Sequence record: OX638287
Reading direction: 5' to 3' (one strand)
DNA from: Escherichia phage UP30
Length of the DNA stretch: 49,834 nucleotides
Numbering within the stretch: position 1 is the stretch's first letter; each line of letters begins with the position of its first letter. Made by a program: the position numbers and the translations under genes. This document shows, piece by piece, positions 1 to 8,114 of the stretch. The notes under the pieces are model-generated. The model was not told the DNA's origin, made no database searches, and worked only from the letters and a program-made list of their open reading frames with translations.

Positions 1-516
1 ATGAGCAATACCAATCAGGAATTAAAAATCACCGATATGATTCGCCTAACCTGCGATGCAATGTACCGCGACAAAGGCATGAAAGAGTTCTCTTTCGTGG
101 CTGATGATATGGCGAGAGAGGCGGTAAAATTTTACTTCCGAGATCAGGATATTTCAGATGATGAGGTGGAGCGCGGAGCTACCGGGTGGGTGAACCAGAA
201 CCAGGGCGAGGTGGAGAAGCGATTCAAGTCGGCTTTCATCACCCCGATCATTACCCGACACTTCTGCAAGTATGGCAAGGTGGCAAAGGTTAAGGTAGGC
301 AGGAATGACGCAGCAATCACTATGATAACCGTTACCGTTACCGACGAAGAGGCTCCGGTGAAGAAGCGCCGCAGCCGGAAGAAAGTTAGCCTGGCTGATT
401 GCCTGGACTCGTTTGTGGTGGATGTGCGTAAGTTGGCTGATAGCGAGCTAATGACACGTGATGTGAATGAGATCGTGCGCCAGATGAAAGAGCATATTGA
501 AAAGTGTGGACTGTAA
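1..516 (+). CDS. hypothetical early protein (171 aa)
   Basis: ATG at position 1; AGAGGA RBS lies at the window end (49823-49828), implying circular permutation; no motif recognised. Confidence 0.55.
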   Translation: MSNTNQELKITDMIRLTCDAMYRDKGMKEFSFVADDMAREAVKFYFRDQDISDDEVERGATGWVNQNQGEVEKRFKSAFITPIITRHFCKYGKVAKVKVGRNDAAITMITVTVTDEEAPVKKRRSRKKVSLADCLDSFVVDVRKLADSELMTRDVNEIVRQMKEHIEKCGL

Positions 517-528
517 GGAGAGATGACT

Positions 529-789
529 ATGAGCAAGATTAAGCATGACGCCCTGAAAGGTATTTTGATGCGACTGGAGCCGGGCGAGGCATTCCAGCTT
601 AACCCCGAAACGTTCGGATTCGTAGGCTTCTATCGGCTTGGCCTACAGATGAGTTCTCCAGCCGATGAGCTTGTCCGGTATGTGCGCAAGCAATTCGGTG
701 TCGAGATGATTAGTCTGGGCAAAGTGCAAGGCATCCAGCTATTTATCTTCAAGCCAAATAAGATTCGTTGCTTCACCCTGATGAAATAG
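529..789 (+). CDS. hypothetical protein (86 aa)
   Basis: ORF 523-789; second ATG at 529 has better spacing to AAGGAG (515-520); stop TAG is first triplet of dyad box. Confidence 0.5.
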   Translation: MSKIKHDALKGILMRLEPGEAFQLNPETFGFVGFYRLGLQMSSPADELVRYVRKQFGVEMISLGKVQGIQLFIFKPNKIRCFTLMK

Positions 790-835
790 CACTTTTTGTT
801 AAAACCGGATCGGGATAACCTGGTATAGTTATCCC
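787..835 (+). promoter_or_regulatory. early promoter module: dyad box + inverted repeat carrying TGgTATAGT
   Basis: tagcactttttgttaaaac 787-805; gggataacc...ggttatccc 812-835. Confidence 0.6.
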
Positions 836-860
836 ATCAACAACGAATGAGGAAGCGAAT

Positions 861-1055
861 ATGGAAACGCAAATTGACGTAGTGGTTGTTCAGCGTGACT
901 CTACTCATGAAAAGGGTCTGTTCAAGAAGGGAGTCGAAATCACGATAGATCTTGAGGATATGGTTGCATATCACTCGGGCCTCACCTGGAACGTGGTGCG
1001 CGTGGGTAGCGACTACAAACTCAAAGGATTTAACACTTACTTCGCGGAGGCTTAA
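861..1055 (+). CDS. hypothetical protein (64 aa)
   Basis: ORF with GAGGAAG RBS, preceded by box + hairpin promoter module. Confidence 0.55.
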   Translation: METQIDVVVVQRDSTHEKGLFKKGVEITIDLEDMVAYHSGLTWNVVRVGSDYKLKGFNTYFAEA

Positions 1056-1057
1056 TC

Positions 1058-1528
1058 ATGACAACAATCACTGTATTCTTGGCGAAAGACGAACTGGACG
1101 ACGAAATGTCATTCTTCGCGTTTGAGCACAGAACCGGATCGCACTGGCACACTTACAGCCACTACACGGTTATCTCAATCGAAGCGTACGACGGGGATTT
1201 GCTCACTGACAAGCTGAGTGATTTTATTGAAACTGTTAAGACTAGCGAAGGTTGCGAGTGGAAAGAAGATCATGAAGTTATGCGAATGTACGAGATGATT
1301 AATCCGGTTCGCCTTGAGTCGTTCGAGCTTGATCCTGATGTGACTATTAAGGTGAGAAAGCCTGGTGAGTTGTTGCCAGGGATGCGTGTGCTGACTGGTT
1401 GCACAGGCCGTAAGGTGTGGCGCACGGTATCGAAGGTTCGCCAGCGTTCAGAAACATGCTATAGCTTATTCTTTGAAGATGGTTGGAATGAGATGGCTGG
1501 TAGCGAAGTGAAGTACCTCACCAAATAG
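1058..1528 (+). CDS. hypothetical protein (156 aa)
   Basis: ORF, GGAGG RBS, stop TAG embedded in box. Confidence 0.6.
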   Translation: MTTITVFLAKDELDDEMSFFAFEHRTGSHWHTYSHYTVISIEAYDGDLLTDKLSDFIETVKTSEGCEWKEDHEVMRMYEMINPVRLESFELDPDVTIKVRKPGELLPGMRVLTGCTGRKVWRTVSKVRQRSETCYSLFFEDGWNEMAGSEVKYLTK

Positions 1529-1574
1529 CACGAATTGTTAAAACCGGATCGGGGTATCTTGATATAGTTACCCC
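1526..1574 (+). promoter_or_regulatory. early promoter module
   Basis: tagcacgaattgttaaaac; ggggtatcTTGATATAGTtacccc. Confidence 0.6.
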
Positions 1575-1606
1575 ATCGAAACGAGATACCAATCAGAGGA
1601 ATCACC

Positions 1607-1870
1607 ATGTCAATCGTCAAGAATCGCAAAGCAATCGAAGCTACCCGTCACAACAAGCAACACGCGATTTTCATCTCTCGCTACTGCTCAAATATCAATG
1701 ATGGCGCACAGTATCGACGCTATGCAGTTATTGAGCTTTCCCCGTACATTTACAAGGAGTATCTCGAGGATAACGGCAAATGGATTGAGACTGAAGGCAT
1801 GACGAGCTTCTTGATCTGGAATGGTGAATTTCAGGGTTATGACGATATCAGCACTTTAATTGAGGAATAA
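1607..1870 (+). CDS. hypothetical protein (87 aa)
   Basis: ORF preceded by promoter module and CCAATCAGAGGAAT leader. Confidence 0.55.
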   Translation: MSIVKNRKAIEATRHNKQHAIFISRYCSNINDGAQYRRYAVIELSPYIYKEYLEDNGKWIETEGMTSFLIWNGEFQGYDDISTLIEE

Positions 1871-1876
1871 ATAATT

Positions 1877-2104
1877 ATGCCGCGTTACAGCAATCTAACT
1901 CAACTAACCCGCGTCAACGGGCACATGATCCCGGCTAAATCTACTCACTGCGCGAAAGGCGCAAAGCACGGATTATATTTCAAGTGGCGCGGTCAATGGA
2001 ACTTCACGGCGGTGAGCAATTTTTACATGCGCGTTCCTGGTGATGACCCGCAATCGGTAGTAGAAAACTCAATCGGCGACAACAAGATCGAGGTACTAAA
2101 ATGA
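1877..2104 (+). CDS. hypothetical protein (75 aa)
   Basis: ORF, GAGGAATAA RBS. Confidence 0.5.
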   Translation: MPRYSNLTQLTRVNGHMIPAKSTHCAKGAKHGLYFKWRGQWNFTAVSNFYMRVPGDDPQSVVENSIGDNKIEVLK

Positions 2105-2211
2105 ACTTTAATACAGTAGCGCTATGGTCTGCCGTCTGGTTCTTCTGCATGGGTCACGTTATGGTCGGCATTGTGGTAATGCTTCTCCTGTGTGCGGGGG
2201 CGTTCGAATGA
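2101..2211 (+). CDS. putative small hydrophobic protein (36 aa, MNFNTVALWSAVWFFCMGHVMVGIVVMLLLCAGAFE)
   Basis: ATGA start/stop overlap with upstream gene and with next gene; hydrophobic; below the 60-aa ORF-track cutoff. Confidence 0.3.
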   Translation: MNFNTVALWSAVWFFCMGHVMVGIVVMLLLCAGAFE

Positions 2212-2381
2212 TGCGAATATTGATTTTCATGATGGCGGCGGTCGCCATGGCTATCCTGATAGTGTCAGGATGCGGAGAGGTCAGAGATAGCTGTCATAAG
2301 ACCGGGAACCAGGTTACTACGTTTGTGATGGTTGGCAACGTTCTGCTACCAATCACATCAAATGAAATCACTTGCGAATAG
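2208..2381 (+). CDS. putative lipoprotein (57 aa; signal peptide with lipobox IVSGC)
   Basis: In-frame internal ATGATG of ORF 2124-2381; N-terminal hydrophobic stretch then Cys lipobox. Confidence 0.4.
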   Translation: MMRILIFMMAAVAMAILIVSGCGEVRDSCHKTGNQVTTFVMVGNVLLPITSNEITCE

Positions 2382-2390
2382 GATTTAACA

Positions 2391-2582
2391 ATGGCTGATT
2401 TTATGCACCAAATGATTGCAGTATTCAAAGGCAGCGATGACCAGGAAGTGAAAGAGTGCTTTACCGTTGACAAGCCTTATAGTGCGTCGCTTACCAGCTT
2501 CGGGAACATCTCATTGCTTGATGATAATGGAGATCCCTGGATATTCGACGAAGATACTGATTGCTTCGAAATTAAAGAATAG
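2391..2582 (+). CDS. hypothetical protein (63 aa)
   Basis: ORF, stop TAG is start of box. Confidence 0.5.
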   Translation: MADFMHQMIAVFKGSDDQEVKECFTVDKPYSASLTSFGNISLLDDNGDPWIFDEDTDCFEIKE

Positions 2583-2628
2583 CACTTTTTGTTAAAACTC
2601 AATATAGGGGTTGCGCTATAGTAACCCC
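2580..2628 (+). promoter_or_regulatory. early promoter module
   Basis: tagcactttttgttaaaac; ggggttgcgcTATAGTaacccc. Confidence 0.6.
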
Positions 2629-2653
2629 ATCGACAACGAGCGAGGACGATAGC

Positions 2654-3142
2654 ATGAAAATCAAATTACTTTGCACTGGCGGTTATAAAGGCTTTACCCG
2701 AGATCTGGAAGCAGACCCTATCGTGGTTGATGCGGTGAAGTGTGATGATAGCCTCGGCGGCTACCGCGTGAAGTTTGACGACCTGGTTAAAGCTGGTGTG
2801 TACGATCTGGATTATGGACTTTCGGTTAGCCCGGTAGTCGGCCCGGCAGATTTCAACGAGAAGGACGGAACGATGTTCTTTTTTGAATGGGAAGTGCAAT
2901 CAAACATCAAGCCGCGCAAGGTTCGTCTTCTCAGCAATGGCGGCTACCCTATGCGCCCAGGTTATGAGAATCGCACGTTCCCGGTTATCGTTGACTTTGA
3001 AGAAATCACCGCACACTTAGCTTATATCAACGGTGAACAGCTTAATGCTGTTGGATTCGTGGGAGGTATGAATCAAGAGGCGCTATGCTTCTTCCATTGT
3101 AAAGCCGAGCCGTTCGATATTGAGTGCGAATTGGTTTACTAA
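2654..3142 (+). CDS. hypothetical protein (162 aa)
   Basis: ORF after promoter module, GAGGA RBS. Confidence 0.6.
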   Translation: MKIKLLCTGGYKGFTRDLEADPIVVDAVKCDDSLGGYRVKFDDLVKAGVYDLDYGLSVSPVVGPADFNEKDGTMFFFEWEVQSNIKPRKVRLLSNGGYPMRPGYENRTFPVIVDFEEITAHLAYINGEQLNAVGFVGGMNQEALCFFHCKAEPFDIECELVY

Positions 3143-3183
3143 GCACGAATTGTTAAAAGTGGATTTGGCCTGACTGGTATAAT
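3141..3183 (+). promoter_or_regulatory. early promoter module
   Basis: aagcacgaattgttaaaag; TGgTATAAT 3175-3183. Confidence 0.55.
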
Positions 3184-3213
3184 CCCCACATCAACCACTA
3201 AGAGGAAATCATT

Positions 3214-3720
3214 ATGTTGAAATTAGAAGATGTTAAATTCCCGATCAAATTTATCAGCATTGGCTGCGGTGAAATTACGTTCACCAATGAAGATAAGGGC
3301 ACCTGGGCCACTGAGGAAGTGTCTCAGCTTAAGTTGGAGTGGTTTATTGCACGGCATAACGAAGTAAACAAGGAAAATTCACCAAATAAGGACTACCACT
3401 ACATTATGAGTGACGCTCAGGATTCGTACAGCGTGTATGATAATTGGAAGTTGGAAGGTTCCATATTCAACGGTGTAAAACCAGAAATCAAGCCGACGCT
3501 ACAATGCACTCAGATCGAGAACATGCCATTGAGCGCCACACTAAAAGGTGTCCAGCTTGATAGCAAATCCTGGATTGAAATTACCGCCACACCGAAAACC
3601 ATTGAGGTGCACAACGATATCATCACGCTGTTGCTGCATCACGGTGGATTCAAGCATAAGACGGTATCGGGTGAAATCAGCATCAAGCGCGGAACGCTTG
3701 TCCGCTACGAGGTGAAATAA
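3214..3720 (+). CDS. hypothetical protein (168 aa)
   Basis: ORF after promoter module, AAGAGGAAA RBS. Confidence 0.6.
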   Translation: MLKLEDVKFPIKFISIGCGEITFTNEDKGTWATEEVSQLKLEWFIARHNEVNKENSPNKDYHYIMSDAQDSYSVYDNWKLEGSIFNGVKPEIKPTLQCTQIENMPLSATLKGVQLDSKSWIEITATPKTIEVHNDIITLLLHHGGFKHKTVSGEISIKRGTLVRYEVK

Positions 3721-3869
3721 TGGTTACCTGGGTTTTGATTATCCTGATGAGCAATGGACCGGATCACGTATATATGAACAGCCAGCATTCATGCAATGAG
3801 GCTCGGGCAGTCATTGCAGATAACAAGCCGTTCGGATACGAAGTAAAAACTATGTGCGTTAAACGATAG
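3720..3869 (+). CDS. putative small protein (49 aa, MVTWVLIILMSNGPDH...)
   Basis: TAATG overlap with upstream stop, GAGGTG RBS, stop TAG embedded in box; hydrophobic N-terminus. Confidence 0.4.
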   Translation: MVTWVLIILMSNGPDHVYMNSQHSCNEARAVIADNKPFGYEVKTMCVKR

Positions 3870-3914
3870 CACGAATTGCTAAACCTTCCGCAAGGCCATT
3901 TGATATAGTGGCCT
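3867..3914 (+). promoter_or_regulatory. early promoter module
   Basis: tagcacgaattgctaaac; aaggccatTTGATATAGTggcctt. Confidence 0.6.
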
Positions 3915-3949
3915 TATTGAAGCAGGGCAACCAATCAGAGGAATCAGCT

Positions 3950-4156
3950 ATGGCTACACGACTCACTCAGTGGCAGATTTACGACAAGGCATCACGCCTA
4001 CGTGAATCACTTCGCGGACTGACACCGAACGACCGCATGGAGATTATCGGGCACGCATTGCACGAACTCACGCCGCCGGACGTAACCTATCATTCATGCG
4101 GCAATAAATTCTGGAACGTAACATTCGAGGTGAAGAAACATGAGCAAGCGTCATAA
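3950..4156 (+). CDS. hypothetical protein (68 aa)
   Basis: Track ORF starts at 3908 inside the promoter hairpin; ATG 3950 follows CCAATCAGAGGAAT leader. Confidence 0.5.
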   Translation: MATRLTQWQIYDKASRLRESLRGLTPNDRMEIIGHALHELTPPDVTYHSCGNKFWNVTFEVKKHEQAS

Positions 4157-4427
4157 GTTAAAAATCGCTCCGGTACATTTCATCGGGGTAATGAACGGAA
4201 CCAAAACGGCTGAGTTCCGAGTCAATGACCGCAACTTCCAGCCCGGCGATATCCTGGAGCTATGCGAGTTCGAGCGCGATGAGTTTACCGGGTGGGAGGT
4301 TCACGCCAGGGTATCCGATGTTACCGATGTGACGCCATACATCAATCGCGGGTATGACGAGCAAGAATGCGACTTCACGCAATACGTGATGTTATCAATC
4401 AAGCCTTACAGGAAGATTAGGCCATGA
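4140..4427 (+). CDS. ASCH-domain-like protein (95 aa)
   Basis: GTKTAEFR matches the GxKxxExR ASCH signature. Confidence 0.45.
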   Translation: MSKRHKLKIAPVHFIGVMNGTKTAEFRVNDRNFQPGDILELCEFERDEFTGWEVHARVSDVTDVTPYINRGYDEQECDFTQYVMLSIKPYRKIRP

Positions 4428-5080
4428 AATTTGAATGCGTATCTAGTAGCGGATCTGGTTTCAAGTATGGAAAAACTTACGAAGGTGTTCGCGTAAATGA
4501 TGACAGTTTTATCATTACAGCTGAGAACGGTTGCAATGTGAACGTTGTTCGACGTAACGAATACCAGGAAATTTTCCTGCCGTATGGCGGTAGCTCAAAA
4601 TATATCTTCCATCGAATCGTAGATGGTGTTAAATTTAAAGACGTAATTGAAGCAATCAACCAACTACATAATAAAGAGGTAAAAACTATGAAATTCGAAT
4701 GTATCAGCGATAACACCAAAAAATTTACCGTTGGCAAAATCTACGACGCGCCGACTGAGAACGCAAAGCACACTGTAGCGCTAACCGATGACACGGGCCG
4801 CCACCGCATTGCAACCGTGACGCATAATGGCGAAGGTCTTCGCTGGAATAGCGGCGGCACTAAGTTTGCAACGTTCGGCAAGAAGAAGCGGAAATTTAAT
4901 ACCAGTCGAATCAAGGGCGATTTCCGCATCGAACATGGTAAGATTCACAGCGTTAAGCCAAGCGAAGTTGATGGTAAAGTCAAGCCTAAGCTGACCAACA
5001 AGGACATTGATAATCTGGCGAATCTGGCTATGGCTACCGTGCTTCTTATTTCTCTTATCGTGCTGTTTTTCGTAGTTTAA
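4424..5080 (+). CDS. membrane-anchored protein with two tandem MKFEC repeats (218 aa)
   Basis: Internal duplication (MKFECVSSSG... / MKFECISDNT...), C-terminal hydrophobic helix LAMATVLLISLIVLFFVV. Confidence 0.55.
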   Translation: MKFECVSSSGSGFKYGKTYEGVRVNDDSFIITAENGCNVNVVRRNEYQEIFLPYGGSSKYIFHRIVDGVKFKDVIEAINQLHNKEVKTMKFECISDNTKKFTVGKIYDAPTENAKHTVALTDDTGRHRIATVTHNGEGLRWNSGGTKFATFGKKKRKFNTSRIKGDFRIEHGKIHSVKPSEVDGKVKPKLTNKDIDNLANLAMATVLLISLIVLFFVV

Positions 5081-5088
5081 CTTAAAAT

Positions 5089-5120
5089 GGGAATCGTTCC
5101 TGAGCGGTTCCCTATTTTTA
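5089..5120 (+). terminator. intrinsic terminator
   Basis: 8-bp stem gggaatcg/cggttccc then TATTTTTA. Confidence 0.45.
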
Positions 5121-5237
5121 TGAGGTGAATATGAATAGCTTTATGCCTGATTTTAAGAACTGGAAAAACGAACCTCCATCATTTCATGAGTTGTTATTCT
5201 GCCTCCTGTTTCTGACTCTATCTCTTAAGGGTGTTTT

Positions 5238-5456
5238 ATGGCTACTATCATGACAGCAGAAGATGCAGCACGCGACGCAGTGGAAGGAATGCGCCCAAAT
5301 AGCTCCAGAATCGCCCACTACTACAAATCTGAGGTGTCGGCAGTGCAATTGACCCACGAAATTTTAAGGCTCCCACAGGTCGATTCAGCGCGCGTAGTGA
5401 CGTGCTTAAAAAATTATTTTTGCATTGCTATTAAAACGAATAGCACGAATTGCTAA
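5238..5456 (+). CDS. hypothetical protein (72 aa)
   Basis: ORF with AAGGGTG RBS; stop TAA embedded in box. Confidence 0.35.
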   Translation: MATIMTAEDAARDAVEGMRPNSSRIAHYYKSEVSAVQLTHEILRLPQVDSARVVTCLKNYFCIAIKTNSTNC

Positions 5457-5488
5457 AACCTATCAAGGGGAATGCGCTATGATTCCCC
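5441..5488 (+). promoter_or_regulatory. early promoter module
   Basis: tagcacgaattgctaaaac; ggggaatgcgcTATGATtcccc. Confidence 0.55.
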
Positions 5489-5513
5489 TACACCAACAAG
5501 CGAGGAAACACAC

Positions 5514-5960
5514 ATGAAACACTTAATCTGTATTGAAGCACCTAACGATGAATACACTCTTCACGGCATTGGTATGTTCAAAGGTCACTATATGACCGCA
5601 AGCATTTACGACGCGCATCGAGGTGACGGCGATCTAATGATTAAGTCAAAAGAGGTTAATCCGTACATCATGCAGAATCTTGGTAATAACGAATATATGG
5701 CCTACGGATGCAATGCGGTTTACAAGCACATCAAGATCCGCAAGCGTGTAGTGCGTGCATTCAAGAAAATTGCAATGAAGCACTGGAAGATGAGCAAGAA
5801 GGACGCCGGACGCTGGGCGCGCAATGTTGCTGACTCATACTTCTACCGTAACGGTGAGTCCTGCTACTTCCTTATCGATGAACTTATGGAAAACTGCGGA
5901 GGCGACTTCAGCCAGATTAGCTTTGACGATTGGGCTAACTATGAGATTAGTTGCTGGTAA
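5514..5960 (+). CDS. hypothetical protein (148 aa)
   Basis: Track ORF starts at 5472 inside the hairpin; ATG 5514 follows GAGGAAACA RBS. Confidence 0.5.
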   Translation: MKHLICIEAPNDEYTLHGIGMFKGHYMTASIYDAHRGDGDLMIKSKEVNPYIMQNLGNNEYMAYGCNAVYKHIKIRKRVVRAFKKIAMKHWKMSKKDAGRWARNVADSYFYRNGESCYFLIDELMENCGGDFSQISFDDWANYEISCW

Positions 5961-6009
5961 TGGCACGAATTGCTAAAACTTGCTCAAGGGTATTTGATAG
6001 AATGCCCTT
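5961..6009 (+). promoter_or_regulatory. early promoter module
   Basis: tggcacgaattgctaaaac; aagggtatTTGATAGAATgccctt. Confidence 0.55.
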
Positions 6010-6043
6010 CGTTGAGTTAAGCAACCAATCAGAGGAATAAATC

Positions 6044-6577
6044 ATGGATAAAATTACAATTTGGGGTCAGACTATCAACCTGTTTCTCGGCACGCGTCGA
6101 GTTGCAATCTTTGACTTCGACGGAACACTGAGCGACGGATCTGGTAGACTTCACCTGCTACCGACAAAGGATTTGCACTTGACTGAAAGCTGGTCCGAGT
6201 TTAACCGCGCGGCAATATTTGACAACCCTATCCAAAGCACGATCGATGTGATGAACTCTATGTTTGCAGCTGGTTATCATGTGATCATTTTAACCGGGCG
6301 AAGCGATGAGGTGCGTTACGCATCTGAGTTATGGCTTAAGCATCACGGCGCTCGATATGATTACTTAGTCATGCGACCGCACACTGACAACCGCAAAGAC
6401 ACGGTAATGAAAGAAGAGGCGGTGCGCGCGATCGGTATTGATAATATTCTGGCGGCCTGGGATGACTCACCTCAAATTATTCCATTACTCCGTTCGCTTG
6501 GAATAACCACTTACGCTGTAGTTGATTATGGCGATAAAGTTCACGATCATTTAAAATCTCACGGGGTAGATGAATGA
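6044..6577 (+). CDS. HAD-superfamily phosphatase (177 aa)
   Basis: FDFDGTL (DxDGT motif I), ILTGRS, AWDDSPQ motifs. Confidence 0.6.
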   Translation: MDKITIWGQTINLFLGTRRVAIFDFDGTLSDGSGRLHLLPTKDLHLTESWSEFNRAAIFDNPIQSTIDVMNSMFAAGYHVIILTGRSDEVRYASELWLKHHGARYDYLVMRPHTDNRKDTVMKEEAVRAIGIDNILAAWDDSPQIIPLLRSLGITTYAVVDYGDKVHDHLKSHGVDE

Positions 6578-6684
6578 ACCTATACGAATTTATTGCAGCA
6601 CATCCGGTATTGACGGTTATCATCCTGTTAATCATCAATCACACTATCATCAATGTGGCAAAATTATTTTTAGGGAGATACTAG
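6574..6684 (+). CDS. putative small membrane protein (36 aa)
   Basis: ATG at 6574 immediately precedes and is out of frame with the upstream TGA (6575-6577); hydrophobic VLTVIILLIINHTII. Confidence 0.3.
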   Translation: MNLYEFIAAHPVLTVIILLIINHTIINVAKLFLGRY

Positions 6685-6685
6685 C

Positions 6686-7258
6686 ATGAAAACAGCTATC
6701 ATTTTAAACGGCGCGCCGGGCGCTGGTAAGGACACTATCGGCGCAATCCTGGCTGACATTTACGATCACGTAGCTTTGCGCAGCTTCAAAGAGCCGATGT
6801 TTGAGATTGCTCGGGCAATACTTGGTGAAACTAACTACGAGTATTTCATGTTCTTGTATGAGGACCGTCGATACAAAGAAGAGCCAGCATCTATCCTGAA
6901 CGGTAAAAGCCCACGCCAGTTTATGATCTGGATTAGCGAAGAGGTAATCAAGCCACAGTTCGGCAATCGCTTCTTCGGTATGCGAGCGGAAAGTAAGGTG
7001 AAAGAGTCGTACTCCCTTTCGGTATTTACTGACGGTGGATTCAAAGATGAGATCTTGCAAATGATTGAAGGCGATATCCAGGTAAAGCTATGTCGAATCC
7101 ATCGCAACGGTTGCAACTTCGATAATGACAGTCGCGATTATATCTACCTGGATGATATGATCGGGGTCAACGGTTATCAGGAATGTGATTTCTTCTCTGT
7201 TGAGGGTCATCCTGAAATTACCGCTCAGCACATAGCCGCCACATTCATCAATAAATAG
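6686..7258 (+). CDS. P-loop kinase, dNMP-kinase-like (190 aa)
   Basis: N-terminal GAPGAGKDT Walker A of the GKDT type seen in phage dNMP kinases. Confidence 0.5.
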   Translation: MKTAIILNGAPGAGKDTIGAILADIYDHVALRSFKEPMFEIARAILGETNYEYFMFLYEDRRYKEEPASILNGKSPRQFMIWISEEVIKPQFGNRFFGMRAESKVKESYSLSVFTDGGFKDEILQMIEGDIQVKLCRIHRNGCNFDNDSRDYIYLDDMIGVNGYQECDFFSVEGHPEITAQHIAATFINK

Positions 7259-7303
7259 CACGAATTGCTAAAGCGTCGGTGGGGTGATTTGATATAGTTA
7301 CCT
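7256..7303 (+). promoter_or_regulatory. early promoter module
   Basis: tagcacgaattgctaaagc; TGaTATAGT 7290-7298. Confidence 0.55.
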
Positions 7304-7330
7304 CATCGACAACGAAGAGAGAAAATCGAA

Positions 7331-7540
7331 ATGATGGTATCAACTGATAAGCTTTTCACTTGCACTAAAACTTCTGAAGTATTCGAACTTATCCATACTG
7401 ATGATGGCGATTTCATGTATGACGGTTGCGACGCTTTCATTGAAGTGAAAGAAAGTGACTATGACGAAGGCGTTTATTATAATCCGGCAGTGAGCACTCA
7501 GTTTTTTACACCGATCGAAGAAGAAGGAGAAGGGGCATGA
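7331..7540 (+). CDS. hypothetical acidic protein (69 aa)
   Basis: ORF after promoter module. Confidence 0.5.
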   Translation: MMVSTDKLFTCTKTSEVFELIHTDDGDFMYDGCDAFIEVKESDYDEGVYYNPAVSTQFFTPIEEEGEGA

Positions 7541-7884
7541 TTACGATTAACCTGTCAGAGAAGCAAGCTCGTGAAATACTTGATGCTATTGGCGATCAAT
7601 TACACGTAAAGGGTGCTGCGGCTGAATTGCTAAACCAGATCGACAAACAACTAACTCCAATATCGACGAATCAAGCTGAGTTTGCAGTCTGGAAAAGTGA
7701 GCGAATCTTGCCAAATATTATCAAGGCGTGGAAGCGCAAGCATAAAAAGCAGGTTAACGTAGAGGAATTATTTACCGATGAATTAAGTCCTGCTAAGGTT
7801 GCTCAGTACCAGTTGCGATACATGGAGTCGGTTTGTAATCAGGTTTTAGGTTTGGATATAAAAATGGTAAAAGGTGATAAATAA
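7537..7884 (+). CDS. hypothetical protein (115 aa)
   Basis: ORF, ATGA overlap with upstream gene. Confidence 0.55.
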   Translation: MITINLSEKQAREILDAIGDQLHVKGAAAELLNQIDKQLTPISTNQAEFAVWKSERILPNIIKAWKRKHKKQVNVEELFTDELSPAKVAQYQLRYMESVCNQVLGLDIKMVKGDK

Positions 7885-8114
7885 TGTTCGGTTTAAGTGA
7901 AGCGGAATGGAATGTAGTAAAGCGTGCGGCTAAAGAACTAAATAAATTCGTCAGTGGCATGAAGAAAGAAGACCGTAAAAACGACAAGATCATGATTGAC
8001 GTGATTTCTACTCATCACAAAAAGGTCGAGCTACTAATTGACCGTTACAAGTTTGTATGGACCGCCGGGTATATTGCCGGGCGCGTAGGCAACAAAGAAG
8101 GGGATTACGAGTAA
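7884..8114 (+). CDS. hypothetical protein (76 aa)
   Basis: ORF, TAATG overlap. Confidence 0.5.
   Translation: MFGLSEAEWNVVKRAAKELNKFVSGMKKEDRKNDKIMIDVISTHHKKVELLIDRYKFVWTAGYIAGRVGNKEGDYE

Noticed and set aside
1526-1544. TTGTTA/TTGCTA within the box as the -35 hexamer
   Set aside because: Spacing to the TATAGT element is about 22 bp, outside the 16-18 bp range; the -10s are of the extended TGn type that does not need a -35.
1551-1574. Early-module hairpins as intrinsic terminators
   Set aside because: No U tract follows them, and each stem encloses the -10 element of the next gene.
5131-5253. 40-aa ORF after the terminator at 5089-5120
   Set aside because: Has a GAGGTG RBS and hydrophobic C-terminus but overlaps the start of ORF 5238-5456 and has no promoter module; too weak to call.
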